Shown one piece after another: positions 43,190 through 55,975 of a stretch of 64,000 bases of DNA; the first letter of the stretch is position 1, and every line of letters begins with the position of its first letter. This stretch comes from Octopus vulgaris. Lineage: Eukaryota. A program made the translations under genes and the position numbers. The notes beneath the pieces were generated by a model. It was not told the DNA's origin and ran no database searches. It saw only the letters and a list, made by a program, of their open reading frames with translations. Location: NCBI GenBank assembly GCA_951406725.2, contig OX597819.1, positions 107,756,001 to 107,820,000 of the forward strand. The letters are read 5' to 3'.

Positions 43190-43719
43190 GTATATATATA
43201 TTTCACTTAAATTTCGTCAGTAGTGCTGGCCCATTGTTTCTGTGTTAACACAGTAGCGTCAGAGTTCAAATTTTTCAAACTAACAGGTTTCATCTCATTT
43301 GTACAGGTCATATGTTAAAAATAACGGAAGAGCAAGAAGATATAATACGAAGCACAATTGGAAGGAAAATTATTGAAATCAATAAACCTAGAGCAGAGTG
43401 AGCGGTTTTCGCTATAACGACCATATTTGGGATCTAACTTAGTAAACCATTTATAAACGGAATGAAGAAGTAGGAAACTTATTTTGCAATGGTGTGATGG
43501 GCCTACAATGATAAGCAGTATTGAAATAATTATTATCAACGTCTCGCTTTAAATAGTCTAACGGTTTAATTCGTTTAAATAATCCCACTATTCCAGGGAG
43601 GTCATGGCGGAAATAGGGTTTAATCAGAAACAACCGTCATTACGCTTTCCACTTGGATACCTAAGCGTGACCGCCTGAGACTATAGATATTGTCCGCCAT
43701 CTCGTTCTTGGTCTACACC

Positions 43720-43773
<54 letters not shown>

Positions 43774-43868
43774 GTATATATATATATACGTATATATATA
43801 TATACGTATATATATACGTATAGATATATATAGATAAATAGATAGATAGATATATTTATATATATATA

Positions 43869-43909
<41 letters not shown>

Positions 43910-43913
<4 letters not shown>

Positions 43914-44115
43914 GGAGAAAAAAGACAAGAAGAAAAAATAACGCGAGGACGTGGTGTATGCAAAGTATTAATAAGACGCTCAAAGAAGGAAAGAAAAAGT
44001 GGTTGTTTTACGTTTCGAGCAAAGCTTCTCTTCGGAAACAGGAGACATAGGAAAGTCCAAAAGAAAAGGAAGGAGGAAAATAATCGCCAACAGTCCACGT
44101 CTAGTCACATTTTGC
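43910..44115 (-). mobile_element. P1 pLTR-like element with hammerhead variant (44004-44040)
   Basis: Minus TGTTT-CCGAAGA-GAAGC TTT GCTC-GAAA-CG-TA-AAACA. Confidence 0.75.
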
Positions 44116-44444
44116 CTATGTTATAGTGAAGTCTTCACATTTTTAGTCTTGACCCAATGCCTATTTTTTTTACATAATGAATTCGCCTCCCATATATACT
44201 ATTCTACTTTGCATTAGCAATATTAGTACTTCTGCCTCTCATTCTTTAATTATATCAATATTTAAACAAAATGATGGTAGCTTTTCTTGATTATAATGTT
44301 ACTTTGTAAATTAAAATCAAATAATTTTTAAGATTCAAATTTTATCCTTAGCTGCAATATTTTAAATAAAAGTTTTCTTGTTCTGTACTTTACGGCATTA
44401 AGAATATTATTCAACTATTATCGTAGTTGAATGATATACTCTTT

Positions 44445-45062
44445 TACACGTTTAGCCGCGGCCGTGGTCATGCTGGAGCACCACCATGGTCTTTAGGACT
44501 TCCTCAGTCTGGGGTTTCATATCACCACTCCTGTATGTGCCTTTGTCCCAGTTGTTGGTACATTTGGTGCATAAAGGAATTTGATTCTGCTAACCTCGTC
44601 TGCACTTCATGTCGGGTTATTGGTTCATCCGGTATTAGGGAGAGGAGGATATCTAGTTCCTTTTTGAAGACCTCTACTTCCACCTTATGCAGATTTCTTA
44701 ATTTTGTGACAGGGCATTGAGGAACTGTGGGCCTTTGAACCCTAGACTACTGCAGTACCTGGTCCAGAATTTAGATGGAGTGGATGGTACATCTGTTACA
44801 ATAAAATGGCGACCAGTTCTGACATTTGTATAACACTCAATGCCGAAGTTAGATACTCGCCCTTCTAGAATTTGCCATATGTGTATTATTGCATATCTCT
44901 CACGCTTTTGTTCCAGGGAGTGAAGTTGTAGTTTTCTCAGCCTCTCCCTGTAGCTCATCCGCTGCATGGTTTCAATCATTTTAATGTAGTGTTGTCGGAC
45001 TGCTTCAAGCTCTGCTTTTAGTTTGGCACTATATGGTGACCATAAATGGGAGCAGTAGTCCA
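44445..45062 (-). mobile_element. CR1-group LINE 3' fragment related to the 25.4-27.9 kb element
   Basis: DYCSHLWSP..ELEAV..SYRERL..RERYAIIHIW. Tail GGTGCTCCAGCATGACCAC. Confidence 0.85.
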
Positions 45063-45523
45063 TGACGGTCTTTAATTGACCGTTATCGATGACAGATAGG
45101 CGTCCAATACGCTCACGATCTTCAAGGCTCAGGTCTCCACTGTGAAATCTTTTAAACCATTTTCGAGCTGACCACTAAATGATCTTTTCGTCACCAAACG
45201 TTTTGATGATATCACTTTGAATATCAGCTTTGAATATCGCGCTTTGACAGTTCCATTTCAGCTGATTGTAACAATGTTTTCTTTATTGCCCACAGGGGGC
45301 TAAACATAGAGGAACGGTATAAATGAGGGAGGGGTCGATGGTGCAGATGATTGTAACAATGGGGGAAAATATCCATGTTAATTTATTGATGCAGTCTATG
45401 TCTGTATTATCAGACAATTGCAAAAAAGTGTTTAAAAGTGTTTAAAAAATTCAAAACTTTGCAAAAATCCGCTACAGATTCTTCATGGTCCAAAACGTTG
45501 CTTACTTTTTACTCATCCTGATA
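45062..45523 (-). mobile_element. Mariner transposon 5' fragment (TIR + transposase HTH)
   Basis: KTFGDE..RKWFKRFHSGDLSLEDRERIGRLSVIDN. TA-TCAGGATGAGTAAAAAGTAAGCAACG terminus. Confidence 0.8.
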
Positions 45524-46098
45524 GTTTAGTTTCATATAAATTTATGAACGCAAACTTGGTTTATAAACCATGAGGTCGCGAGTTCAATTCTACAGTGCGT
45601 CATCGAAATCTTCAAATCGTCGGAGGGATTTATTATGATTAATTATGATTAATCTTCTAAAATTATTAATCTCCATTTAATATAAAATGTTGAAGTGTAT
45701 ATAAACTATCCCAATTTAATACGCTAACATAACCTTCGTGTGATAAAGTATTTCTACTGTTATTTATCTAGACAAACATATAGAATGACTTGTCACAAAT
45801 TTGAAATATGTCTCTTTTGTTAGGAAGTTAGCCTTTATGTTTTTCTTTAAAATATTTCCAACACATTTTCCTTATGACAACTAAGTTTAAATCTACAAGT
45901 GATTTTGTTTTGTTTTTTTTTTTTGTTTTACTAAATTTTAATCGTCACATCATTTAAATGAGATGTTACTTTGATTTGTCAAAAATAACACTCCTCTCTT
46001 AACTATATGACAATCCTACTCTATCTTTCATTCAGTTACACATTGATGCAAACTATTTCAAACACAGAAATTTTTCAAGGTAATATTTTCTTAATAAA

Positions 46099-46495
46099 AG
46101 GCGGCGAGCGGGCAGAATCGTTAGCACGCCGGGCGAAATGCTTAGCGGTATTTCGTCAGCCGTTACGTTCTGAGTTCAAATTCCGCCGAGGTCGACTTTG
46201 CCTTTCATCTTTTCGGGGTCGATGAATTAAGTACCAGTTACTCACTGGGGTCGATGCAATCGACTTAATCCCTTTGTCTGTCCTTGTTTGTCCTCTCTGT
46301 GTTTAGCCCCTTGTGGGTAGTAAAGATATAGGTATTTCATCTGCCTTTATGTTCTGAGTTCAAATTCCGCCGAGGTCGACTCTGCCTTTCATCCTTTCGG
46401 GGTCGATAAATTAAGTACCAGTTACGCACTGGGATCAGTCTAATCGACTGTCCCCTCTCCCAAAATGTCGGGCTTTGTGCTTGGAGTAGAAAAGT
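46099..46495 (+). mobile_element. SINE family D, tandem dimer
   Basis: Full copy followed by a second partial copy starting at GGTATTTC. Confidence 0.85.
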
Positions 46496-46504
46496 ATATA
46501 TATG

Positions 46505-47172
46505 TTAACATTATCATATCTACCGTTCAACTCATGTCACCCCAGACACACCAGAATGAATATCCCCTTCAGCCTAGTTTCAAATGCAAGCACCAGGGGC
46601 ACACGACTACATAAACTAAAGGATACACTCATCACCAGGAACTATCCACCTTCACTAAGTGACATATGCTTTCAACATGCCCTACAACTCAACATCCATG
46701 AACTCAGATATCCCAAATTAAAGAAGAATTTACAACCAAAAGCTCTATCATACATCTCCACACACAACCCTCTTAACAAAGAAGCCTTCGACACCATCCT
46801 TCAAAATATTCCCCTGCTAAAAAAGGACCATAAAATGAACTTAATCCTCCAAACACACACCATCTTAAAAAGCAAGTGACAGCCCAAACCTATGAAAAGT
46901 CTCCTAACACAAGCCCGAATACGCTCAACAACAACACTGAAGCCGTCAGTAAAGAAAAATACGGAAGACCCAACTGTGAGATATGCGTCAATTTAACTGA
47001 GGGATCAGAGTTCTCCTTCAAACAGGGACAACGTATCACAGTTTAAAGCAGCTTCACATATGCTTCGGAGAACCTGGTATACATACTAACCTACTCTGGG
47101 TGTCAAGAGCAATACATAGGCCAAACAAAAAACAGTCTATGTCAAAGCATGGCTCTGAACAGATCCCAGATC
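46505..47172 (+). mobile_element. PLE fragment (RT thumb, Cys linker, GIY-YIG start), related to 23291-24283
   Basis: YLPFNSCHPRHTRMNIPFSL; PNCEIC; SEFSFKQGQR; NLVY..GCQEQYIGQT. Confidence 0.8.
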
Positions 47173-47439
47173 TGTATAAGTGTAGAACAATCTATATAAG
47201 TGTAGAACAATCTAAGAATAAATTGTTTCCTTTCTTTCGTGGTCTTTGCAACCACATACTAAATTTTCAAAGAATTTTTAAAGGAATAATTTTAATAAAT
47301 ATTATCGTATATACTTCCATTACATTGTCGTGTAAATGTGATAAAGTGTGTGTGTGCGTGTGTTGTATGAGAGAAAGAGAAAGCGTGAGAGAATTAAGGT
47401 GGGATTAAACATAATTATGGAGAGGTTAAACATAACGCA

Positions 47440-47580
47440 AATATTAACGAGTCTCCCTGGAAAATTCCTCGCTTATTAAAGGGGATAAAGTGTTTCGCTG
47501 AAATGTTCCTCTCTCATTAAAGGGGACAACAAATCTTCCTGGAAAATGTATCTCTTATAAAAGTGGATAACTAGTCTTAC
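47440..47580 (+). repeat. ~40-bp minisatellite, about 3 units
   Basis: Recurring TTAAAGGGGATAA..CTG(G)AAAT..CTC. Confidence 0.55.
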
Positions 47581-47699
47581 AATGTACATTAGTTGGCCAT
47601 TAAAATAAACACACCAGGTTGTCCATTTACAAATAAGGTTATGTAAAAGAAAAAATTAAAATGATTTAGATGGAGGGTTATCGTTCTCACAGCGACAAT

Positions 47700-47900
47700 G
47701 TTCTTGATACGTGTGACGTACCAGCTAAAACAATTTTTGTACTTTTTGCACGGATGGTAAGCCAGAGATCATTCTCAAAGAAATTTCAGTTCCTATTTTG
47801 ATCATTCCTAGTTCTCCTACAATCACTGGTATTGTAACCCCTTTTTCAATTTTAATGTGGAAATCTGAGCTTGACAAATTCTTTTGCTGCAGTATTCTCA
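47700..47900 (-). mobile_element. R4/Dong RLE C-terminal fragment
   Basis: TIPVIVGELGMIK..ISGLPSVQKVQK. Confidence 0.65.
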
Positions 47901-48329
47901 TCATTTCAGTCAATAAACTGACGTTGTTATTTTGGCCTTTTACAAGACGGCGATCTGGGAAAACCGTTAACACGCCGGGCAAAATACTTAATAGCATTTC
48001 ATCCAGGTTTACATTCTGAGTTCAAATTCCACTGAGGTTGACATTGCCTTTCATCCTTTCGGAGTCGATACCAATAAGTATTAGTTTAGCACTGGGTTCG
48101 ATATAATCGACTAACCCCTTCCCAAAAATTTCAGGCCTTGTGCCTTTAGTAGAAAGGATTATTATTATTATCATTATTATTATTATTATCGTCATCATTA
48201 TTTTGGGAGACATTTCTGGATACGTTTCAGTCTTATCAGTTAGGCATACACTTCTCCATACTGGAAAAAATCACAAAAATAATCAAGTAGACACGTTTTG
48301 GATCTGAAGGTGTTGAGAATAAATGCGTT

Positions 48330-48560
48330 GCCCTTCTAGAGTTCACACCAACCGATCCACCACCACCTTGAGGCAATCTCTACTGCCCCCACAGCCAATC
48401 TGATGGCCTTCTTCCCACTGGTCCTTGTGATGCTAAGCATGTTGTAAGCTCTGCAGAAGGACTGGTCTGTAAATCTTCTGCATCCCACCTCGATGTTAGC
48501 ACACCCACTGCTTTGCCATAACATCACCGGATTAATCCGAGCGTTTTCGATCTCGGTGTA
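48330..48560 (-). mobile_element. Hero-type RLE LINE 3' fragment
   Basis: IEVGCRRF..SFCRAYNML..AVEIASRWWW. Confidence 0.7.
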
Positions 48561-49931
48561 GTGGAACTGATACGCTCGATAATTTTATTATCTTGCTGTT
48601 TGTTGTAGTAATAATTAGTTGGACAAGTTGTTTTTTTTATCTTTTTGTTGGTATAATAATTAACTAGATGCTTTTTAATCTCAGTCTACTGTAAATAATT
48701 TGTTCAATAAATTCTTTAATCTTACTATTTGTAGTAATGATTAAATATAGACGCGTTTAATCTGAGATACGTTTTGAATCTGAATCTGACGATAATAATT
48801 GCTAGTTAAGTTTCTTTATGTTTTTCTTTTATTAATCTCAATATTGTTGTAATAACTAATTAGATGAGTTTGTGTGGAGGTAACAATATCCTTAGTATTT
48901 TTTTTTTAATCTTGGTTTTTTTCTGGTGAGAATTAGCTATAGAAGTTTTGAATCTCGGAATTATATTATGAATTAAGTTGGGTGAGTCTGTGATTGCTTT
49001 TTGTAGTAAGTTTTGAATGTCAAGTGTTGTGGAAGAATTAAGACCAGGAAAGAAAAGGAAACTAATAGAAATATTATGAGGCAGTGGACAAGTAGATTGG
49101 TTATATATTTGGTCTCGGGACATCTCGATAGAAAGAAATATAATAATAGACTACATTGATAAAGATAAAATGAGGGCTGTTCTGTTTAGTCGCTTGACCT
49201 TCTAGAACCAACAGACGAAACCTCTTTCAAGTCCCACCCAACCGTCGTTATTCTGTTGTATTGATCTTTGCAGAGTTATCCGGTTAATTCTTAGCACAAC
49301 ACCGAGACTCAAAATTTATCTTACTAATTCGTAAAAAGTGAAAGCAATTCAATTTACTATAATGGAATTCTATGCTATGTTTACAAATCAGCTACATATT
49401 TAGGAAAAGTTGCATTATTTTCTCTCTTTTGCGAAAGGAAAAAAATATATAATGTAATAAAAAAAAAAGTACGATCTAATTTGGACAGAAATCAATATAA
49501 GAATTAAGACGGCAGGGTGAGATTTGAAAGAGATTTGACTGTTAATTCTTGTAGGTCGAGCAACTACATAGTGACTTCCTCATTTCATCAAGTAGTTTAC
49601 TATTCTCGTCATGAGTCTCACAAATTACTGAATTCCTTTCTTTCGAAATGTCTAGCGACCAAAATATATAATTAACCTTATTTTGATTCTTCCTTCACTT
49701 CATAACACTTCTGATAGTTTCCCTTTCCTTATCCTTCTTCAAAATGGAAATTCAAAATTTATATAGCTAATTCTAACCACAACAAACAGTAAGATTAGAA
49801 AAAAAATTTAGCAAGTTATTGCGACCACACTGAGACGCGGACCGTTTATAGTGAATTAGTCTTCACATATGAAATACAGGGATTATAAAAAAAAAAGCTA
49901 ATTAGAAACTTTTATGTGCCACAGGTAGACA

Positions 49932-49992
<61 letters not shown>

Positions 49993-50065
49993 TAATTAGG
50001 CACCTGCTTCAATAAAAATAGAAATCGAAACACCTCTAAGCCACAGAAGAATTCCAAAATTAATA

Positions 50066-50391
50066 GGCACATGGCTCAGTGGTTAGATCGTCGAGCTTAC
50101 AATCGTGAGGTTGTGAGTTCGAACCCCGGACCGGATTGTGTGTTCTTGAGCAAGACACTTTATTTCACGTTGCTCCAGTTCACTCAGCTGTAGAAATGAG
50201 TTGCGACGTGACAGGTGCCAAGCTGTATCTGCTGTTGCCTTTCCCTTGGATAATACTGGTGGCGTGGAGAAGGGAGGCCGGTGTGCATGGGTGACTGCTG
50301 GTCTTCCATAAACAACCTTGCCCGGATTTGTGCCAAGGAGGGTAACTTTCTAGGTGCAATCCCACGGTCAGTCATGACCGAAGGGGGTCTC
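50066..50391 (+). mobile_element. SINE family B
   Basis: Homologous to 40463-40798. Empty paralogous site near 50826. Confidence 0.85.
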
Positions 50392-50939
50392 AATGGTAGG
50401 AAAAAAATTTAGTGAACAAGAATTGTATCACCTCCGTCAAAAATGCAAGACGAATGCTGCTTAATCTAATATCATGATTTCGAACTTAGCGCCAGAGGCG
50501 CTTGAATCTCCTCATTCGAATCTACCAGTGGTAGCTACTAGAATTCACCTACTACCATTCCTGTAAATTCATTTGAGTAGTCGAACACCAACTGAAACAA
50601 ATGAATTGCGTGAAATTATTTATAAATTAATATAAGAACGCTATTATTTCTAAAAATAATATCGTTGGTGGTCGCGAGAGTAAAGCCGTATAGGTAAATT
50701 AATAAATTATATATAAGATTTATAAATATATTTATATACACTAGGGTACTACTTAAGCGCCTGCTTCGCTAAAAATAAATGTTAAAATACTTCTAAGCCA
50801 CAGAAGAATTACAATATTAATATAGGCATGGAAAGAAAAAAATTTTAGTGAACAAGAATAGCGTCTTACCTCCCCCAAGAATGCAAGAGGCATGCTGGTT
50901 ACTTTAATATCATGATTTCGAATTTAGCTCTAAAGTGTT

Positions 50940-51257
50940 AGAGCACTGCCTTTCGTCGAACAAATCGACTCCATGACTTATTCTTTGTAAGTCTAGTACT
51001 TATTCTATCGGTCTCTTTTGCCGAAGCACTAAGTTACGGGGGGCGTAAACACATCAGCATCGGTTGTCAAGCGATGGTGGGGAAACAAACACAGACACAA
51101 ATATACATATATATATATACATAATTAAATGAAAGAATGGAGTCGAACGAAGATGTTAACAAAATTCCTTTACTCTTGACATATGTTTGCTACCCTGGTT
51201 TCGGTTCAACGAATTTTCCATGCTGACGATAAACATAGGATAATTCATTCACCTATT

Positions 51258-51313
<56 letters not shown>

Positions 51314-51477
51314 CACGACAGGCTTCTTTCAGTTTCCGCTCACCAAATTCGCTCACAACGCTTTAGTCGGCCCGAGGCTATAGCAGAAGATACTTGCCCA
51401 AGGTGCCACGCAGTGAGTCTGAACCTGGAACCATGCGGTTGGGATTCAATCTTCTTACTACACAGCCACTCCTGCGC

Positions 51478-51480
<3 letters not shown>
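50940..51480 (-). mobile_element. SINE family A with a mini-PLE (51121-51260) nested in its central microsatellite
   Basis: Tail at 50940-51100, head at 51315-51480. The insert resembles both ends of the 29-32 kb PLE. Confidence 0.8.
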
Positions 51481-51556
<76 letters not shown>

Positions 51557-53263
51557 CATATATATATATATACAGATGTGTAAGTATTAAAAATTGTTTA
51601 TCACGTGTAGTAAAATCTAGGTTCGATTTTCTGACTTGGCGGTGCGTTGTATCCTTAAGCAAGGTACTTCATTTCCTGTCGGTCCACCACACTAGACTGA
51701 AAATAAGTCCCAGTAGCATTTGTAGGTTAACTTTCCGATAGACTGGTATCCTGTTGAGTAATAGGGGAGTTTTGTATTCAAAATTATTTAACACCTCAGA
51801 AGCTCAGATAGACTCTTGCCTAATGAGCCCATGAAGTTGAGCTCATTTAACTTATTTATACTAACGTATCTGCATAAGATATGTCTTTCTAGTCAACTAT
51901 TAGCATCATCATCATCAACATCATCATTATCATCATCATCGTCTGAACATCCATTTTTCCTTGCTTGCATCGGTCATATATAATTAGTTTAGTCAAATTT
52001 TCTATAGCCAGATGCCCTTCTTGTTGCCCTATTTCCTCTAATCCTTCGAACACAAACATCCCATTGACTGGGTATGTTTTCATGGGATATTGTAAAACGA
52101 AAGGCACTTGTGACATTCATTTACAATTGTTGCACGATGAATAGGCACTCATATATGTGTGTGTATGTGTGTGTATACATATCTTTTCTACTCTAGGCAC
52201 AAGGCCCGAAATTTTTAGTGGGGGAGCCAGTCGATTAAATCGACCCCAGTTCGCAACTGGTACTTAATTTATCGACTCCGAAAGGATGAGGGGCAATATA
52301 TATATATATATGATGTGTGAAAACTAATTCACCAGTTGTTTAGCCTACATTAACACTAAAACTTAAACTTTAGTATCAATGGCTTGCTAAATAATTTTTC
52401 CATCTTCTTGTTTGTTGTGGCAAGAATTAACGATATAACACTTGAGGAAAGATTAAGGCCAAGAAGTAAAGGGAAACTATCGGAAGTGCTATGATGGCAA
52501 TAAGAATAAGGTTAATTATATATTTTGGTCTCTAGACATTTCGAAAAAGAAAAATTTAGTAATTTCTAAAACACATGAGAATAATATACAACGTTGATGA
52601 AATGAGGAGGTCAATATTTAGTCATTTGACTTACTAGAAATATCAGCCAAGCCTATTTCAAATCTTAACCTACCGTCTTAAGATTGTTATATTGATTTTT
52701 TTCCCCATTAGTGTTTTTTATAACATTTTTTTTCTTTTTGTTGACATTAATTACCTTAACTGCTTTGCAAATTAGCCATCTCTGGCTGTTACAATGTGTA
52801 ATTGAGCTCGTAGACACAAATAATAACATCAAACCCTGCCGTCACCTTTGTATCTACCATCCACCTAAATAGCTATTTATACATGACAACACTATACTTC
52901 ATACAATAACAGCAGTTACTGTTTTCCTCCTTCTTTCCATTGAACACATACGCAAATTTAGAGTTGTTGTAATAAGTAACTCCAAACTTATTGCACTTTG
53001 TGAAATTTCTGTTCAACATTGTAAGTTGGCTGGCGTACAAAAATGAAAGTGTTTAGTTTGTTTTTTTTCTCACCATTTATTTTCTACTTAACCATGAATG
53101 CTCTTTGTATTAACTACTATGTGTAACCTAGTAATAGGCTGTGTGGTGTCGGGGTATAGGTTAGATTTCTGAATAAGGTGGGGAGTTGTCACTGTAGAAG
53201 TGAACAATTTGTATCAAAGATAAAATAAAATTTGCAATTACTTTGGAGAATAATAAATTACAT

Positions 53264-53626
53264 ACTGTTTTACAAGTTTCAGTCATTCGACTGCAGCCAT
53301 GCTGAAGCACCGCCTTTAGTCGAACAAATCGATTCCAGGACTTATTCTTTGTAAGCCTAGTACTTGTTCTATCGATCTCTTTTGCCGAACCGCTAAATTT
53401 TGGGGACATAAACACACCAACATCGGTTTTCAAGTGATGGTGGTGGGGACAAACACAGATACAAAGACACACACACATAAATATATGCTTCCGTCTACTA
53501 AATCCATTCACAAGGCTTTGGTCGGCCCGAGGCTATAGTAGAAGACACTTGCCCAAGGTGCCACGCAGTAGGACTGAACCTGGAACCATGTGGTTTGGAA
53601 GCTAGCTTCTTACCACACAGCCACGC
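53264..53626 (-). mobile_element. SINE family A, full length, flanked by CAT duplication
   Basis: Empty site on the opposite strand near 56568 (AAATTACATGGTAG). Confidence 0.85.
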
Positions 53627-53897
53627 CATGGTAGCACTGATATTAAAAGATTATAATTTATGCATAAATGTAATAATTCTTTCTCAATTTGGCACAAGCA
53701 ATTTTGAGGAAAACGATAAGTCGATTACATCGAACCTGTACTCAATTGGTATTTATTTTATCGACCCCCGAAAAAATGAAAAATAAAACCGGCCTCCGTG
53801 GCATTTAAATTGAGAACGTGAAGAACCAGAAGAAACGCTGGTAAGCATAAATGTAATAGTGAGAACCGAATCGGATTGTAATAATTGCGAAGAAAAG

Positions 53898-54320
53898 GGC
53901 GGTGGATTAGCAAAATCGTTAGCACTTCGAGCAGAATGCTTAGCGACATGTCGTCCGTCCTTACGTTCTAAGTTCAAATTCTGCCGAGGTCGACTTTGCA
54001 TTTCATCCTTTTGGGGGTTGATAGGATAAATACCAGTGGAGCACTGAGATCGATATTATCGACTTGCCGTTTCTCCCGAACTTGTTGCCCTTGTGTCAGA
54101 ACTTGAAAGTAATAATTGCTAGGAAAAAAGACAGTGAGCTGGCAGACTCGTTAGCACGTCGGGCAAAATGCTTAGCTGCATTTCGTCTGTCTTTACGTTC
54201 TAAGTTCAAATTCCGCCGAGGTCAACTTTGCCTCTCATCCTTTCGAGGTCGATAAAATAAGCATCAGTTGAGCACTGAGGTCGATATAATTGCTGGTCTT
54301 GTGCCAAAATTTGAAACCAA
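53898..54320 (+). mobile_element. Two SINE family D copies in tandem (inverted copy at 53680-53830)
   Basis: Family D head and core motifs occur twice. Confidence 0.8.
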
Positions 54321-55360
54321 TAATTACGAAGAAAACTTCAACACACGGTTATGCCTGAATTTTGTTGAGTGACTAAGGATTTCCTCAAATGAGAATTTTG
54401 TTTCTCAGGCGATTTAAAGGTACAAATCCTCCTATCTTAAGAAGAGCATTTCTCCCGTTTGTGACTCTAAATCGATCCTAATACTTGGGTGATTGTTTAT
54501 AGACCACAGACGACTATCAGATAAATCTGACGCCTGCGGGATTTCAAACCAGAACAAAAAAAACGACAAAAGTCAGTAATCAAGGAAGTTCGCCACTTGG
54601 TCAGCTGATTTTGCCAGTCAGCTGACCTATTGACGCCCTCCCTCAGGAAATAACAGCTTTCGTGGTGTCATTGATATTAAAAGATTCTAATGCATGCATT
54701 GATATAATAATTGGAAACAAAGCAAGCTTGTATTGAATTGAGGATAAAAATATTATAGATATAGGGTATATTAAAGTCATTATGGAAATTGTAGTGACAG
54801 AAACAGGTTGATAAAAAATGAGAGTTTAGTAATAGTGTCACAGCGTAATGAGTAAAATCAACAAAAACTGAAAGAGAAAGGGACTGAGACGACTTACATT
54901 TAATGAAAGGAAAATAAAAACTAATTTAGTGTTGCAACCAGTTTGAATTCATATTTGAACAAGGACACAATTTTACTTTACTACAGAATAGTAAAGTATA
55001 CTGCGTGTGTGTGTGTGAATACGTGTATATAATTGTTATTATTTTTAAATGGTAAAAAGTTTCAAAAATGACCCAAGAGCCCAGTTTCGTGCATAGCATT
55101 TATAAAAGATTAGCGAAACTCACGGCCCTTGAGACTAGTGTGGTTTTCTGCCAATTAAAATTAATAAAAAAGAGTATATATAACCATATATAGAGTTCTA
55201 TTTCTCCTAGTTGACCGATCAAACAAGTATATATACATTCATATATATATGTATGTACATATATATATATATATATATGTGTGTATATATATGTGTGTGT
55301 GTATATATATGTGTGTGTTTGTGTAGCATATATATATGTTTGTATATATATGTGTGTGTG

Positions 55361-55405
<45 letters not shown>

Positions 55406-55411
55406 AATATA

Positions 55412-55772
55412 AAGTAATTAAGGGTTTAGCAACGATTTGCCTCACCACACACCGAATTTAGAAATAGCAGTCAAAGAGTTATGGCTATTCTTTCTACTTA
55501 AAAGGGAGATCCCAGTAAAACCACAGCACTTAAAAGGCAAACAACGCAGACAAAAGAGAAAGAAATGACGACCTCCCTTTTAAGTAGAAAGAATAGCCAT
55601 AACTCTTTGACTGCTATTTCTAAATTCGGTGTGTGATGAGGCAAATCGTTGCTAAACCCTTAATTACTTAGTATTACTTAAACCTTCCTTGAATGGGGCT
55701 TTTACATGCCGAAATCTACTTGGTGAAATTAATGATTATTCCAAATTAATTAATTCCACCCTATATTATTAT

Positions 55773-55775
<3 letters not shown>
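55412..55775. repeat. Fold-back element: 97-bp inverted arms (55412-55508 / 55573-55669) plus extension, related to 42657-43149
   Basis: Shared motifs AGGG(C/T)TTAG(T/C)AA, TTAGAAATAG(T/C)AG and terminal AGGGT..AATTAATTAATT..ATTTCACCAAGTA. (TA)n flanks. Confidence 0.85.
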
Positions 55776-55827
<52 letters not shown>

Positions 55828-55829
55828 GT

Positions 55830-55975
55830 TAATCCAAACAAGAAATCACAAAGGAAAGAAGGAGGGTTTAACGTTTCGAGCGGAGCTCTTCGTCGGAAAC
55901 ATAGAAGGAAAGATCCAGAGAAGGGAAGACAAAGGGAAAAAAATCGCCAACGGTACACACGAGGTCACATTTTGA
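55830..55975 (-). mobile_element. P1 pLTR-like element with hammerhead variant (55866-55900)
   Basis: Minus GTTT-CCGACGA-A-GAGC TCC GCTC-GAAA-CG-TT-AAAC. Confidence 0.8.

Noticed and set aside
55630-55665. Hammerhead-like TGATGA-GGCAA..TTGCT-AAAC in a fold-back arm
   Set aside because: Lacks C3 and G12, has no stem I or III, and is not conserved in the related 42.7-kb element.
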